Of a DNA stretch of 64,000 bases, positions 44,115 to 55,760 are shown piece after piece. The number at the start of each line of letters is the position of its first letter. Positions within the stretch are counted from its first letter, which is position 1. The notes beneath the pieces are model-generated. The model did no database searches, was not told the origin of the DNA, and saw only the letters and a program-made list of their open reading frames with translations. The stretch comes from Perkinsela sp. CCAP 1560/9 (taxonomy: Eukaryota > Protista > Euglenozoa: Kinetoplastea). The DNA lies in contig CBFFSA010000004.1 in NCBI GenBank assembly GCA_965644495.1, forward strand, positions 186,001-250,000. Reading direction: 5' to 3'. The position numbers and the translations under genes are program-made.

Positions 44115-44957
44115 TCATCCTCCCCCCGTGAAGTCCCCCTCCACCAACCTCCCCGTGTGCTTCTCCACGGGACCGACAATTCTCGGTGCGACATACGACA
44201 CCTCCGTGATGCGCAGAATCACCACATCCCTGCGGTTGTTCTGCCACGTGACATCTCTCCGTTTGTTCACGTCCTGGAAGTAAATCACGTTGTGTGACTT
44301 CTTGTGTTCCTCCACGACCCCGACCACCCGGACCCCGTCGAGTAACGGACGCCCGAGCGCGGTGAAGGTCCTCCCCCCGACCATCAAACACTTTCGGAAA
44401 CAGACCGACTCCCCGATCTCAGCTTTAAAGCTGGGGAGCATAATGATATCCCCCTCGGAGACTTTGTACTGAAACGCTTTGAAGTCGATGAGGGCAAACA
44501 GAGGCCCGGAGAGGGGAGAGGGGGGTTCGCTCCCTCGCTCGGTTTCTGTTTTTGTATTTCTATGGGCTTGGGTTTCTAACGTTTGTGAGATTTCAGGATT
44601 GTGTTGTTGAAACCCTGAGGTTTGTGGAATTTTAGGATTGTGTTGTTGAAATTCTGAGGTTTGTGAAACTTCAGGATTGTGTTGTTGAAATCCTGAGGTT
44701 TGTGAGATTTCAGCATTGTAGTTCTGAAATCCTGAGGTTTCAGGAAAAAGATTCTGAGTTTGACCCCTCTGTGGTCCATCCGAGCTTTCAGGTAGGGGAG
44801 GAGAGGTTCCGATAAAAGGAGCCGTTGTCTTTGTTATCTTAGAGGTAACAAAAGATCGAGAAGGAAGAAATGAGAGGGGAGAGGGAGAGGGGAGTGCTCG
44901 AAGGTTCCGATGCAGGGGGAATGGATAAAGGGGTTTGGCAAAGGAAGTTCTGTGCAT
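44115..44957 (-). CDS. MRPL21: Mitochondrial ribosomal protein bL21m with N-terminal 14-aa repeats
   Basis: FALIDFKAFQYKVSEGDII...LMVGG..TALGRPLL..V.GVVEEH, plus a presequence-like N-terminus. Confidence 0.88.
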   Translation of the reverse strand: MHRTSFAKPLYPFPLHRNLRALPSPSPLSFLPSRSFVTSKITKTTAPFIGTSPPLPESSDGPQRGQTQNLFPETSGFQNYNAEISQTSGFQQHNPEVSQTSEFQQHNPKIPQTSGFQQHNPEISQTLETQAHRNTKTETERGSEPPSPLSGPLFALIDFKAFQYKVSEGDIIMLPSFKAEIGESVCFRKCLMVGGRTFTALGRPLLDGVRVVGVVEEHKKSHNVIYFQDVNKRRDVTWQNNRRDVVILRITEVSYVAPRIVGPVEKHTGRLVEGDFTGGG

Positions 44958-45163
44958 GGTTTGGAAAGAAAAGAGTAAAGGAAGAGGTAAAAGGACAGAT
45001 TGTGATTTGCTAATTTGTGTGGAGGTGCTTCTCCCTATAAAACAGGTCCATAATGCTAGGTACTAAAGCTCTGTCTTGAATCTAGATCTACAAAAAAGAG
45101 AACTCTGACTTGTCAATAAAAATTGATGTTCGAACACTATTTTTTATTGCTATTTTTTTTTAA

Positions 45164-47644
45164 TTAAAACTCCCGTCGATCCCTCTCTTTTGTGTCAAGA
45201 TATTCTAAACGAGATGGCGCAGCTCCGCTTTTCGGAGGTTCCAAATGTTTTTGGATGCTTTCTCCAAAGGCATATCGAGACCGTATCTCTTCACTCGGAG
45301 GGGCTGGGCTTGCATTCCATCCCTTTGCCTCACAAGGGCGTACCCCTGAGGAGACGGTAGTGGTCGGAGACAATGGACAATAAGAAGTCTTTTTCTCCAC
45401 TTCAGTGTGAGAAGACGAAGTCTTTTCTGCTGACCCACGAGATGACTTCGTGACCCATTCCTCCACAGGCCGAGGGGGACTTTCCGAGGAGTCCTCTCCC
45501 TCCTCGCTCTCCTTCTTCTCTCCCCTCCCATTCCTTTGCTTTATGTTTTCTACCCCTTCCTTGTTGGGGTTTCCTTTTTTTCGTTTCTTTCCGGGACCAA
45601 AAAAGGGAGCTAAGGGGGTAGGCGATTGGTTTCCGCTCTCCCTGTCCCCTGTTGTGAAAAACGAAAACAGTTCACACAACTCTGAACGGGAAACGATTTT
45701 CGCCGTCGGGGTGGCCACAGGCTCCGAGCAGGGGAGAACCTGCAGGAGATCCGCCAGGGGCCGGGCCAGGGGGTATTTCTCCCGTAATAGCAAAGTCGAT
45801 TCCTCGACTTCTCCTACAGGAATTCGAGTAGAACTTGATTTGTTTTTATTTGACGACAAAACAGAGGAAGACGAGGAACTTTTTCCGTCTTTTCGACCCC
45901 CTCCTTGGAGCGCGATTAAATAACGCGCAGAGCGGTACTCCGGGGCTTTGGAGTTTCTCCCCTGTTGTTGTTTTCGTTTCTCCACCGCCTCTTTCGGCTG
46001 GCTTTCTATTTTTTGTGGGAGTTTGAAAACCTCCTCGAGGGCACGAGGCAGGAGCCGGGGCGAGAGCTCCGGGAAATTCGCCTCGAGGGAGTATAAAAAA
46101 TATTTCAGTTTGCTCTCAAAGGTTTTCTTCCATGTAGTGAAGGAGAGCAGCGCACGCTCGGAACAGGTCCCGAGGAGCACAAAGTGCTCATATTCCGATA
46201 GGAAGTGAATCGGGGAGAGGAGAGATCCCCAAGGGTGTTGTTGTTGTTGTTTGGGGTTTCCCGAGGACATAGAGGGTGGGGGTTCGTTCAGCAGACGATG
46301 CGCTCGGTGAATTTCTTCATAGATCACATGTAACGTACAAAGGGTGACATTGTAGGCACTGTTGGTGTAGCCTGGAGCGGGGTTGTTAATTCGTAAAATG
46401 TCAGAGCACTCAGGAGCAGGGGAGCTCGTACTGGAAGGGGAACCTAATTCAGACAATAAGGACTCTGTAGGAGAGTTCTCGAACCCTTCGGGACCCTGCT
46501 CACAGGGTTCCTCGCTTGCAAGCACATCCAATTCTACTCTTTTCATCTCTTCTTTTTCCCTTTTGTCTTTTGGCAAAGCGTTGAGGAGTTGGATCGCAGG
46601 TTGCAGAGGAAATCCACGTTTTTCAATGTTGAAATAGGCCTCATAAAAGGTAAAAAATGCCATCACAGCCTCCGTGAGGGACGAAAATGGCTTACGCGAA
46701 CATTGGAGAAGAAACAGATGTGCCACCAGAATCGTCCACGCCACACCTCCGAGATAGCAAAACACATTCCCATACACCCCTCGGGCATGCGCCCAGCATT
46801 TAATCAACCGAACGGTATCCACGAAAAGCGAAAGCGGGCGTAAAACCATTGAACTCTTTTCTTCTTCTCTCATGACCCCCTTCGACCCATTTCCCCCCGC
46901 AGGAGATTCCCCATTTGGATTTAGAGAAAGCCCGAGCCATTGTCGCAATGTTAACGCGACCCGTAGTCCCTGGGCACTGCGAAACCCACGGTCTCGCGGG
47001 ACATATTTATACCGAGATAACGGACCTAACAACTCAGGGTAATCCGGAGGGTAGGAGGTTCGGTACGCCGCGAAACTAAGATCTACTTCGATGCCAAAGT
47101 AGGTCATACTCAGCAGCGGAACAGCCGCGTGGATGGGAAAAATATGATCAAAACGGTGCCGGGCAAGAAAACCCGGAAGACCGTGAAAAAAGTCACCCAG
47201 CGTCGTGTGGGCGGGAACCAGCAGAAGCGCATCAACATCACTGCTCTCGGTGAGCGTTCCTAACGCCGCGGAGCCAAATAACTCAATTTTGTACCATAAT
47301 GGAGGTGAGCAGGCGTTGTTGTTTTTTCGCTTTTTATTTCCTGTCTCTTGTTGTTGGATTTCCTCTGAAACACGTGATTCATTTTTAAGTGTTCTATACT
47401 CTAACTGTTGATCCATATTTTTATCGGTCTGACCAGGAGCATAGAAATTATTTTGCGAGGCCCAATCCGCGAACCACTCCTGGGTGGCTTGTGTGAGTCG
47501 GTGATGGATGTCACGTACTTTTTGGGAAATATCATGAAACGCAATGCGTCGCGCGGAGAGGTAATGTTCCGGAGAGGAGATCGAAAGGGGAGTGGACAAG
47601 GAGGGGTCCAAGAAAGGGGGTAGGAGGGAGGGGGGAGGGGTCAT
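45164..47644 (-). CDS. PAP: Canonical-type poly(A) polymerase
   Basis: LFGSAALG...SDVDALL nucleotidyltransferase motif; AVPLL..GIEVDLSFA; LIKCWAHARGVYGNVFCYLGGVAWTILVA; NSAYNVT; ESKLK. Confidence 0.92.
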   Translation of the reverse strand: MTPPPSLLPPFLDPSLSTPLSISSPEHYLSARRIAFHDISQKVRDIHHRLTQATQEWFADWASQNNFYAPGQTDKNMDQQLEYRTLKNESRVSEEIQQQETGNKKRKNNNACSPPLWYKIELFGSAALGTLTESSDVDALLLVPAHTTLGDFFHGLPGFLARHRFDHIFPIHAAVPLLSMTYFGIEVDLSFAAYRTSYPPDYPELLGPLSRYKYVPRDRGFRSAQGLRVALTLRQWLGLSLNPNGESPAGGNGSKGVMREEEKSSMVLRPLSLFVDTVRLIKCWAHARGVYGNVFCYLGGVAWTILVAHLFLLQCSRKPFSSLTEAVMAFFTFYEAYFNIEKRGFPLQPAIQLLNALPKDKREKEEMKRVELDVLASEEPCEQGPEGFENSPTESLLSELGSPSSTSSPAPECSDILRINNPAPGYTNSAYNVTLCTLHVIYEEIHRAHRLLNEPPPSMSSGNPKQQQQHPWGSLLSPIHFLSEYEHFVLLGTCSERALLSFTTWKKTFESKLKYFLYSLEANFPELSPRLLPRALEEVFKLPQKIESQPKEAVEKRKQQQGRNSKAPEYRSARYLIALQGGGRKDGKSSSSSSVLSSNKNKSSSTRIPVGEVEESTLLLREKYPLARPLADLLQVLPCSEPVATPTAKIVSRSELCELFSFFTTGDRESGNQSPTPLAPFFGPGKKRKKGNPNKEGVENIKQRNGRGEKKESEEGEDSSESPPRPVEEWVTKSSRGSAEKTSSSHTEVEKKTSYCPLSPTTTVSSGVRPCEAKGWNASPAPPSEEIRSRYAFGESIQKHLEPPKSGAAPSRLEYLDTKERDRREF

Positions 47645-47778
47645 GGGTAAAGGAGAGGAGGGGAATTAGGACGCGTTATGATGAAAAAGTTACAAAACGC
47701 GCGTATGTTTGCTTTAGAGGGATTTCTTTTCCCCTTTTCTTCTCCCGAAGAACTTCAAAAGATGGAAAGAAAAGAGTA

Positions 47779-49323
47779 CACCCCCTTTCATTAATAAAGA
47801 TAAATAAAAAAATATTTTCACTTCCGGCTTTGAAAATTACTTAAAAATTATCGAAAAATTATCATTCTATTGTTACTCCTCCATGTCAGGTCGATCCTCT
47901 AAAAAGCGACCTCTTGATACATCCGGTGAAATAGTGAAGTACACTAGCATAGGCGGTCGTCCCTCATTGAAACGGATCGAAAAAAAGACCAAGTGGTTTA
48001 CGAACCTTTTCCAACAGGGTGAAAATCACAATGAAATTGCTTCTACTTAGACTTTTGCAAAAGAGCACCTTTTCTCACTACGTAAATTGGAAGTGAACGT
48101 TAAATCTGCTAATGCAACACCAAAACTTTTATTGCCAAGTGGCATTGCACTAAGGATCAAGTAAACGCTACGATTAGTGCGTGGAAAAGGTTGCTATTAT
48201 CAAAGATTCTCTCAGAGATTCTCAAAACAAAGCTACGGCATGGGTACGTCGTCGAGAGCTTTTCTCGCACATAAATAATGATAGCATGGATGACTCCGAG
48301 GATGAGGAAACGTTAGACAACATTCCCGAAGATTTTGACAACCAGTTGTCCGTTGGATTTGAAGCTTTCTGTGCAATATAGATTCTGTGGGGAACAAATT
48401 GTGTTGGAGGTGTGAAAGGCTTATAAGGTTTTATCGGTGAGCGTTATTGTCTTGTTTTTTCCCTTCGTATGTAAGTATGTTTACTTCTGATCTTCTCTTA
48501 TTGTGTTCACAAATAATGATAATAATAATAATGATAATCACAGAAAAATTGCGGTGGTTGTATAACTACCGCTCTTCCCTCGATTATTGAAAAAAAAGTG
48601 AACAAAAACAGTGAAAATATAAAGGGGAACACAGTATTATAATAGAAGAAAAAAATATAAAAGGGGGCTTCGGTGGTCCAAAATAGAAAAAAAAATTGAA
48701 AAAAATGGGCGGTCTAGGGGGGTCCAAGGGGGGGGGGCATGGGGGGGTCCATGGGGGGGCATACGTCAAGAATTTTTTTTTGAATTTTTTGCTTTTCAAA
48801 ATCGAGTGCAGGGAAGTGGTAGAGTAGGCCGCGGCGATAATTCCCCCACCCCCTGGGGGTACCCCCCCTGGTATGCGCAGGAGGGGTCCGCCAAGGTCAA
48901 AATTTACGAATTTTTTGGGGTGACCAAAAAAATTTTTTTTGACCCAAAAAAAAGCAAAAATATTATTTTTCCAGAATCGACTCCTAAAACGTATTTTAAG
49001 AGTTTTGCACCTCAGCTACCATTCTACGCCGTTTTTTTCAACAGATTCGACTCCTGCCGCTACTGGTAAGGTATCAAAAACTTCCCAAATTCGCGGTAAA
49101 ATTTCGCAATTTTTGTCGAAAAATCGAGGGTTTTCACCCAAAAAACTAGATTATTCATGATCTTTTCGTGATTTTTCTTTTTTAGGCTCTTCGTTAAGCG
49201 CGGTGGTAGTTTTCAACGAGAAGCGCGCAGCATGAGTGACTTCTAAGTTGAAAACAACCACCGCGTTTGACGAAGAGCCTAAAAAAGAAAAATTATTATT
49301 ATCATTATTTATGAGAGGGGGTG
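47779..49323. mobile_element. TA-flanked composite non-autonomous element
   Basis: Ends CACCCCCTTTCATTAATAA / TTATTTATGAGAGGGGGTG. It contains a palindrome copy and G/C-run sequence related to ~59620-59980. Confidence 0.7.
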
Positions 49324-49450
49324 TACTGATAAGAAAGAATAGCGGATTACATCTACCACCCACCCTTACCCATTCCCAGGTAAAACAAGAAAGTGCCTTA
49401 CTTTTTAAGAAAGAAAAAGTACCCCTTTCCCTCTTAAAGGGTTTCCCATC

Positions 49451-50854
49451 TCACCACTCCATCTTCGCCGGACTCTCCGGCACCACCATTACACCGTGAG
49501 AGAGTACCCCCACAGGCTTTCCTTTCCTCCCCCCGGAACTCCCACCCCTTCGTGGGGTGTCATACCCCCCACGCGGGGAGTTCCCACAAAACAACGATAA
49601 CGAGGAAGAAGGAGGAGGAGACAGCGATAAGGAGACGTTCTCTCTCCACCTTCTCTCTCCTTTATCTTTTTTATTTCCTTCTCCTTCCCCCTTTTCTTGA
49701 TTCCTCTTTCCCCTTTTCGTATTGGGCGAAGGGGAGAGAGGAAACCCTCTTTGTGTCTCACCATAGAATCCATAGGCTGGATTTCTATCCCTTCCCGCGT
49801 CCTCTGTTTTAGTATTTTCATGTCGATACGCTTTCGGGTACCGCTGGGTCCCGCTGGGGTAGCGAGGGGAGGGGGTTGCGGGGACCAGCACCTGGCTGCC
49901 CCGTTTAGCGTGGGGCTGAGCAGAAATCCCGCGCTTGGGGGTTTGTTGGCTTCCTGGGGTTTGCAACGGCCCCATTTCACCATACTCACGAGGGGAAGCT
50001 GAGTTTTGCGAAAAACAACGCAACATTTTGCTTTGCGTGTTTTGAGTGTATTTGATTAAACGTTTTTGAGGCGTTTGATGTGATTTTTCGTGGGTTTCTC
50101 CAAATAAGGAAGTTTTTGGAGTATTTGGACTTAAGGAAACTTTTGGAGTATTTGGACTTAAATTTGTGGGGGGAGGGGGGAGAGAGGAGGGAGGAGAGGG
50201 AGAAAGGAAAGGGGTGGGAGCATGTGGAGAGGTCGGGTGGTGGGAGATGGCGGGTGGTGTAGGATTTGGAGAACTTTGGGAAGGTTTTTTGTGATTAACC
50301 TCTGTTTGGCGGCTATTAGATTTTTCTGCAATGGATTTCGTTGTGGTTGGAGAATAGGATGGTGTAGGAGTAGCAGCTGTTGTTTTTGTGCTAGAAATCG
50401 TTGCATTTATTTTCGGTTTGTTAGCGGCAGAATCTTGGACTTCCTTTATTTTACTCTGCGAAGTATTGGCATTCGATGCATTTTCTGCTCGTACCCGACG
50501 CGTGATCAGATACACCCCTGTGTGCCGGCGTACTTTCTCCGCAAAAGTGCTCACATTGGGGTTTTCTAGTGGTCTATTTTTAGTGCTCTGAGAAACATCC
50601 TTTTGATTCGCGTTCTTTGCTTCACGACCGCGTTGTTGAGAAAGCGACGAATCTAGAAAACTACGTGCGAGATAATGCGCCGCTGTTTCCCCTTGATTTC
50701 GGAGCTGCATTGGGGCCACAGGTTGAAGGACGGAGACAGGGGAAGGGGCATTTTTTTGGGAAGTGGATTTTATCGACCCCTTCTTGCTGTTGGGTTGTGC
50801 AGTGGTCGAGGAAGTAGCTACCGGATGGGAGGCCTCATTGTTGGGCTCTTCCAT
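49451..50854 (-). CDS. Hypothetical low-complexity S/P/T/K-rich protein
   Basis: 467-aa ORF co-oriented with neighbouring host genes. No domain recognised. Confidence 0.6.
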   Translation of the reverse strand: MEEPNNEASHPVATSSTTAQPNSKKGSIKSTSQKNAPSPVSVLQPVAPMQLRNQGETAAHYLARSFLDSSLSQQRGREAKNANQKDVSQSTKNRPLENPNVSTFAEKVRRHTGVYLITRRVRAENASNANTSQSKIKEVQDSAANKPKINATISSTKTTAATPTPSYSPTTTKSIAEKSNSRQTEVNHKKPSQSSPNPTPPAISHHPTSPHAPTPFLSPSPPSSLPPPPTNLSPNTPKVSLSPNTPKTSLFGETHEKSHQTPQKRLIKYTQNTQSKMLRCFSQNSASPREYGEMGPLQTPGSQQTPKRGISAQPHAKRGSQVLVPATPSPRYPSGTQRYPKAYRHENTKTEDAGRDRNPAYGFYGETQRGFPLSPSPNTKRGKRNQEKGEGEGNKKDKGERRWRENVSLSLSPPPSSSLSLFCGNSPRGGYDTPRRGGSSGGRKGKPVGVLSHGVMVVPESPAKMEW

Positions 50855-51173
50855 ATCGTCCTACTGGTGAACTGTATTTACAACCTTTTGTCTTCTGAAG
50901 ACGAAGACAATGGATTACTGCCGGATGGCTCTATATTCCCAAGTCATAGTGCAGAAGAAAAAAGGCACTAAATTAGAAGAAAAAACGTTAAGAGGCGTAA
51001 TCACTTGCTGGGTAGTGCCAACATATCAACCTTAAAAACAATCTTGTTGTAAAGTATTTTGTTTGCATTTTCTTGATCTCTATAATTGTACTCACTCAAG
51101 CAGCCAAGGCAAGCAAGATTTTAAAATCTCATTCCAACAGCCGATATGTAAAATAAACCTGTACCGCAATTTT

Positions 51174-52859
51174 TTATGCTCCATCATTCGACGCCGCATC
51201 GCCATTCTCTCTAGACGCATCTTCGTTATTCTTTTCTGCCTCAGTAAAATCGTGCGTGGGTTCTTCACCATTTCCACTTTTTGCATCATCCGACACCTCT
51301 TTCTGACGTAAACCTTCTTCACAAGTTTTCTCTGAACGTTCCCTGTTTTCCGTATCCTTTTCCACATCATTGGAGGCTTCCCCTTCCCCTGTAGCCGATG
51401 GTTCCAAATCCTCTCGGTTGGCATAGTGCTGTAACTCTGTGAAACCCTCGTCCCGTAACGCATCCACATGCGCATTTACGAGATTCAGCGCAATCTCCGG
51501 GTAAGACCCCATCAACAACGCTACCCTAGGGTGTTCGGAACCCATACGAATCAACTGCTCCAGCAACAGCGGCGACAACGGAACCCGCATCGCACTTGCA
51601 CGAAGTAATCCATGAAACAGCATCCCTTCGGAATCCACCATATCCTGAACCAACCGTTCCGCCTCCTCCTGCGTCTCCGGCATGGACATAAATTCCACCC
51701 CAAGACCATCTTCTTCATCCTCATCCTCATCTTCATCCCCCTCCTCCCCTTCTGCACCAAAAAACACACGCATCATTTCAGCGGCGTGCTCCTCCTCCTC
51801 CTCCTCCTCCTCACTTTCACCCCCCTCCCCTACTCCCCCCCTTCCCCTCCCTCCCCCCTCTCGATCCACATCCATACCCAACCCACCCCCCAGCATCGGA
51901 AGATCCGTTCCTCTACCAACAGGATCTGAATCCTCCCTTCCTCTTCTTCTCCTTCTCCTTACCCCCATCGGAGCTGAAGGATTCAAAGGGTCCATCATGT
52001 GACCCAAGGCCTCCATGTTGGTTTCATGGGGATAGGCATCCCTTGGGTCACTACCACGACCCCTACCACCACAGCTCTCCCCCCGCAGTAGCCGCTGGAG
52101 GGCCCGATGGAGATTTCCCCCGGCGCGGTGTAACGCCTCCTCCGCGAGGAGTGCGGGGAATCCCATCTCGGTGAGTTGCGAGAGGTGGGCGTTGTGAGAT
52201 GGGGGAGTGTGGGTAGGGGAGGGGGTAGCCGTACTAGTACCCGAATGACTTGTATTCGTGGTACTTGTATTCGAAGTACCCGTACTTGTATTCGAATGAC
52301 TTGTATTCGTATTCGTAATACTTGTATTTGTATTTGAAGTACCCGTATTCGAATTCGAAGTACCCGTACTTGTATTCGAAGTACCCGTACTTGTATTCGA
52401 AGTACCCGTATTCGAATTTAGATTTAGATTTCGATGTGTAGGATTTGTAGCATTGGAGGCTTGTGATCCCGCCGTTACGGGAGCCATGCTAATGTAGGGG
52501 ATAGCATGGGAGGCCTCTGTGGGGGGTTGTGAGAGTGTAGAGACATCTCCATTTGGGGTAGAGGTGGAGGGAGAAGAGGGTGAAAGGGTGGGTGGGGGTT
52601 TGTTGTTTATGGAGGTAGATGGGGTTTTCGGAAGAGGCTTTCCGACGGCGACCAGGGTGTCGTTTTCGGAGAGCCCGGCTTGGAGGATGGTGTGGTGGGG
52701 TTTCAGCACGGTGCCTTTGAAACAGAGTTTTAGAGAGGCCTCTTCAAGGGAGGCTTTTGCGGCGACAAGGGATTGGACGGTACGGATGGTGTCGCTGAGC
52801 GGGTCTTGAAGCTCAATGTAATCAAGCTGGCCGGTGACCCGGCGAAACGCAAGTCGCAT
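51174..52859 (-). CDS. RAD23: UBL-UBA proteasome shuttle, RAD23-like
   Basis: N-terminal UBL (LKLCFKGTVLK..TILQAGL), UBA (LTEMGFP..AEEALHRAGGN) and an XPC-binding/STI1-like segment (PLLLEQLIRMGSEHP). No second UBA seen. Confidence 0.75.
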   Translation of the reverse strand: MRLAFRRVTGQLDYIELQDPLSDTIRTVQSLVAAKASLEEASLKLCFKGTVLKPHHTILQAGLSENDTLVAVGKPLPKTPSTSINNKPPPTLSPSSPSTSTPNGDVSTLSQPPTEASHAIPYISMAPVTAGSQASNATNPTHRNLNLNSNTGTSNTSTGTSNTSTGTSNSNTGTSNTNTSITNTNTSHSNTSTGTSNTSTTNTSHSGTSTATPSPTHTPPSHNAHLSQLTEMGFPALLAEEALHRAGGNLHRALQRLLRGESCGGRGRGSDPRDAYPHETNMEALGHMMDPLNPSAPMGVRRRRRRGREDSDPVGRGTDLPMLGGGLGMDVDREGGGRGRGGVGEGGESEEEEEEEEHAAEMMRVFFGAEGEEGDEDEDEDEEDGLGVEFMSMPETQEEAERLVQDMVDSEGMLFHGLLRASAMRVPLSPLLLEQLIRMGSEHPRVALLMGSYPEIALNLVNAHVDALRDEGFTELQHYANREDLEPSATGEGEASNDVEKDTENRERSEKTCEEGLRQKEVSDDAKSGNGEEPTHDFTEAEKNNEDASRENGDAASNDGA

Positions 52860-52959
52860 GAAGAAAAAAATACAGATGTAGATCAAAGTTTTAGGTTAAA
52901 GTTTTGCAGGTTGAGAAAAAAGCGAATAAATTAGAGTGATATTTCATGAGCGCTGTAAG

Positions 52960-53082
52960 TCCCACAGAATTGTCAGTTTTTCAATTACTGTGACCCCCCC
53001 TTTATACTTCGCCCGTTTCGAGCAGTAACGAAGTATAATGGGGGGAGGTCACAGTAATTGAAAAACTGACAATTCTACGGGA
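52960..53082. repeat. Foldback palindrome
   Basis: AGAATTGTCAGTTTTTCAATTACTGTGACC...GGTCACAGTAATTGAAAAACTGACAATTCT. Confidence 0.85.
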
Positions 53083-53333
53083 ATTGCTCATCCAGTTTTC
53101 CTGTCTTTTCTTTTATATCACCTTCCATTTCTAGAAGGGAAGACTTAGAACGTTCTTGTTTTCGTCTAAAAAAATTGAAAAAATGCGAAAATTAAAAAAA
53201 AATCATCCCCCCTTCGGGGGGGGGGGGGGGGCAAAAAACGAAGTATAACGGGGGGGGTCTGACCAGCGAAGTATAAAGGAGGGGGGATAACAGTAACTAA
53301 AAATTGTACCAAAGATTATACTGTACCCTCCTA

Positions 53334-54896
53334 CAGTGGTGTTCAGCCTCTTTTACCCCCCCCCCCCTACAGGTCTTGTATTTTGTCCGATTTTGGAAAT
53401 ATTTGGTATAACACCGTTTTTCGACCCAATCGTTCCGAATCCGAAGTCCTTTTCACTCGAGCGACCCTCTACCCCCCCTAGCCAGGTAGGGGTCAAAAAA
53501 GCTAATTGCGGCTTTTTTCGGGGCATTTTTTCGAATTTTTCGGATGAATATGAGTAGTAAAGTAGGTCAGAAGACGTGGAAAAAGAGTACAAAGTAATCT
53601 CTTTTTCATTTAGTCATATGCCCTTTGGCCTCCTTGACCAAAAGTAAACGTTTACGATAGTTCCGGAAGATATTCTTAAACGTTTCCGGTTGATCTTCGG
53701 AAAAAAACGAAAAGTTTCAATGATGGACTCCGAAGTTGAGTCCTGTTTCGGGGTTTCAGCACATCCTTTACGCGGCGAGACATCGCTGCCCACGCCGTTT
53801 CAACGGGGTTTAAATCAGGGGAGAGAGGGGGGAAGTCAAGACGACGTTTCAGATACTTTTTTTTAACAATCGAGTGGGTGGGGGCGTTGTCCATTTGTAG
53901 GATGGGCTTCCGGTGCGAACGAAAAAAACTGGCCATGCCACTTTCTTCAAAAGCCAGTAAAATCTGTTCGGAGTTAACAGAAGCACCCTGTTCTCCCTCA
54001 AAGATGAAGAAGAACAGACCGTAGTTATAGGAATACCCCATCCACACCATTATCCCTCTCCCCCCAAAATGTTTTCCCCGCCGGTCCGATTGCCTCAGAC
54101 ACCTCGGTGCTCGCTTGCGACCGACGTAAAAATCGGTGTTTGACCCCGCACAGCACCTGAACAGTTTTTCGTCGGTAAAAACAATGTTCAGGTAGTCAGC
54201 GTCACTCCACTTAAGCATGTCCTTCACATACTTAAGAGGGAGTTGAATGTGACGCGGTTTGAGACCAAGGTCTTTGGCCTTGCGAAGGCGCCCATAGCCC
54301 TTAAAATTAAGAGCTCGCCGGACACTACTCAGGGAGCTTCCGTGATTGCTTCGCACCTCGCGATGCACGACAGAGAACGTAGGACAACCCTCCACGGTAT
54401 CCTTCGACACTCTCCGGCACGCAGAAACACATGCTTCAACGTACCTTTGTGTAAGGACCGTACGCACCCCCTCGCGAGGTGGAGTACTGACATGCCCGTG
54501 CTCCTCATACTTCCGCACCCAATACTTTACAGTCCTGGGGGCAAGCTTATGGAGTTTTGCGACTGCCTTATAGGACTTAAGTCGCTCGTAATCGATTACG
54601 AGTGCCGTGCGCATCTCGGGGCGCACGCGGGAGGAAGGTAAACACAGAGGGCGGTGCCTCTTCGTCATGAATCACCAATAAATGTACCAATTTTGAAAAA
54701 AATGTACTCTGTGAAAAACAAATCGACTTTTTTGCAGTTTTTTTTTCCGGTTTAGGTATGATACAGGTGTCCACGTGTGAAAAGGACCTCGGATTCGGAA
54801 CGATTGGGTCGAAAAACAGTCCCATACAAAATATTTCCAAAATCGGACAAATTACAAGACCTGTAGTGGGGGGGTAAAAGAGGCTGAACACTACTG
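53334..54896 (-). mobile_element. Full-length DD29E Tc1/IS630-type element, ~120-bp TIRs
   Basis: TIRs CAGT(G/A)GTGTTCAGCCTCTTTTACCCCCCC..., TA TSD. Confidence 0.9.
53606..54668 (-). pseudogene. DD29E transposase with a C-terminal frameshift
   Basis: HTH, FTDEK, QMDNAPTH, FPPLSPDLNPVETAW. The tail PETFKNIFRNYRKRLLLVKEAKGHMTK lies in another frame. Confidence 0.85.
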
Positions 54897-55519
54897 TAGT
54901 TTAACTAAGTTATCTGTCACTACTTTTCTTGAAAAGGTATCCGCCCCAAGACCATTATATCGATGGGTTCAAGACTACGACAGCATTTCTTCTGCCGCTC
55001 CAAAGAGCACGCGTTTCACGTCAAAGATCACACCCCTCTAAAATCTCTGGTTTACTCCTAGATGGAGGAAAAGGAGCAATTTACAATAAAGCAAGTTGAA
55101 TCCTACGTGGTAAGCATTACTTAGAACTACTAGATTTGAGGGGAAAATACATGCAAATGTTGGATTCGGAGAGTAGTCAAGGTCAATGGATACTCTCGAC
55201 GTCTTGCACAAGTGACGTGGTACAGCCCCAACCAAGGTATATGTATGTATAGTGTTTATACAATGTATGTATTGGATAAAAAATATATATGGTTCTCATA
55301 TCATATTTAATACATATTATACGGATCCTAACACCTACATTCAAGAACATGAAAAAGTAAATGTCGACAACTTAAATATTGAATCCGATGATGTCGTGGT
55401 AGAATTCTCCTTTGAGACCGACACCGAAAAGAACGGACCGAGTGAAGAAGTCGTTTATTTAATAGAATGCGATTTACTTATAGGTCGACAGAGAATAATA
55501 ATAAGAGGGAGAAGAAGAA

Positions 55520-55760
55520 GACTTCTTCTCGAACAACGGAGCATGCCTTGGACGAGGGAGTCATGTACTTGGAGGAATTTTTGACCACGCTTTTTAGGCG
55601 TGTTCCCACAGTTCTATCATTTTTAAGGAAAGGTCTGGGTGACCCGCAGTGGCTTTTTTGAGCTCAACCTATAGGTGAGTCCGTGGGATTTAAATTGGGA
55701 GACTGTGGAGGCCAGTCTAGGGCGCACAACTCTTGCAAAAATTAAGAATTTCACGAGCCC
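55520..55760 (-). pseudogene. Decayed C-terminal fragment of the 19942 Tc1 family
   Basis: ELCALDWPPQSPNLNP..KAWSKIPPST across stops. Confidence 0.7.
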
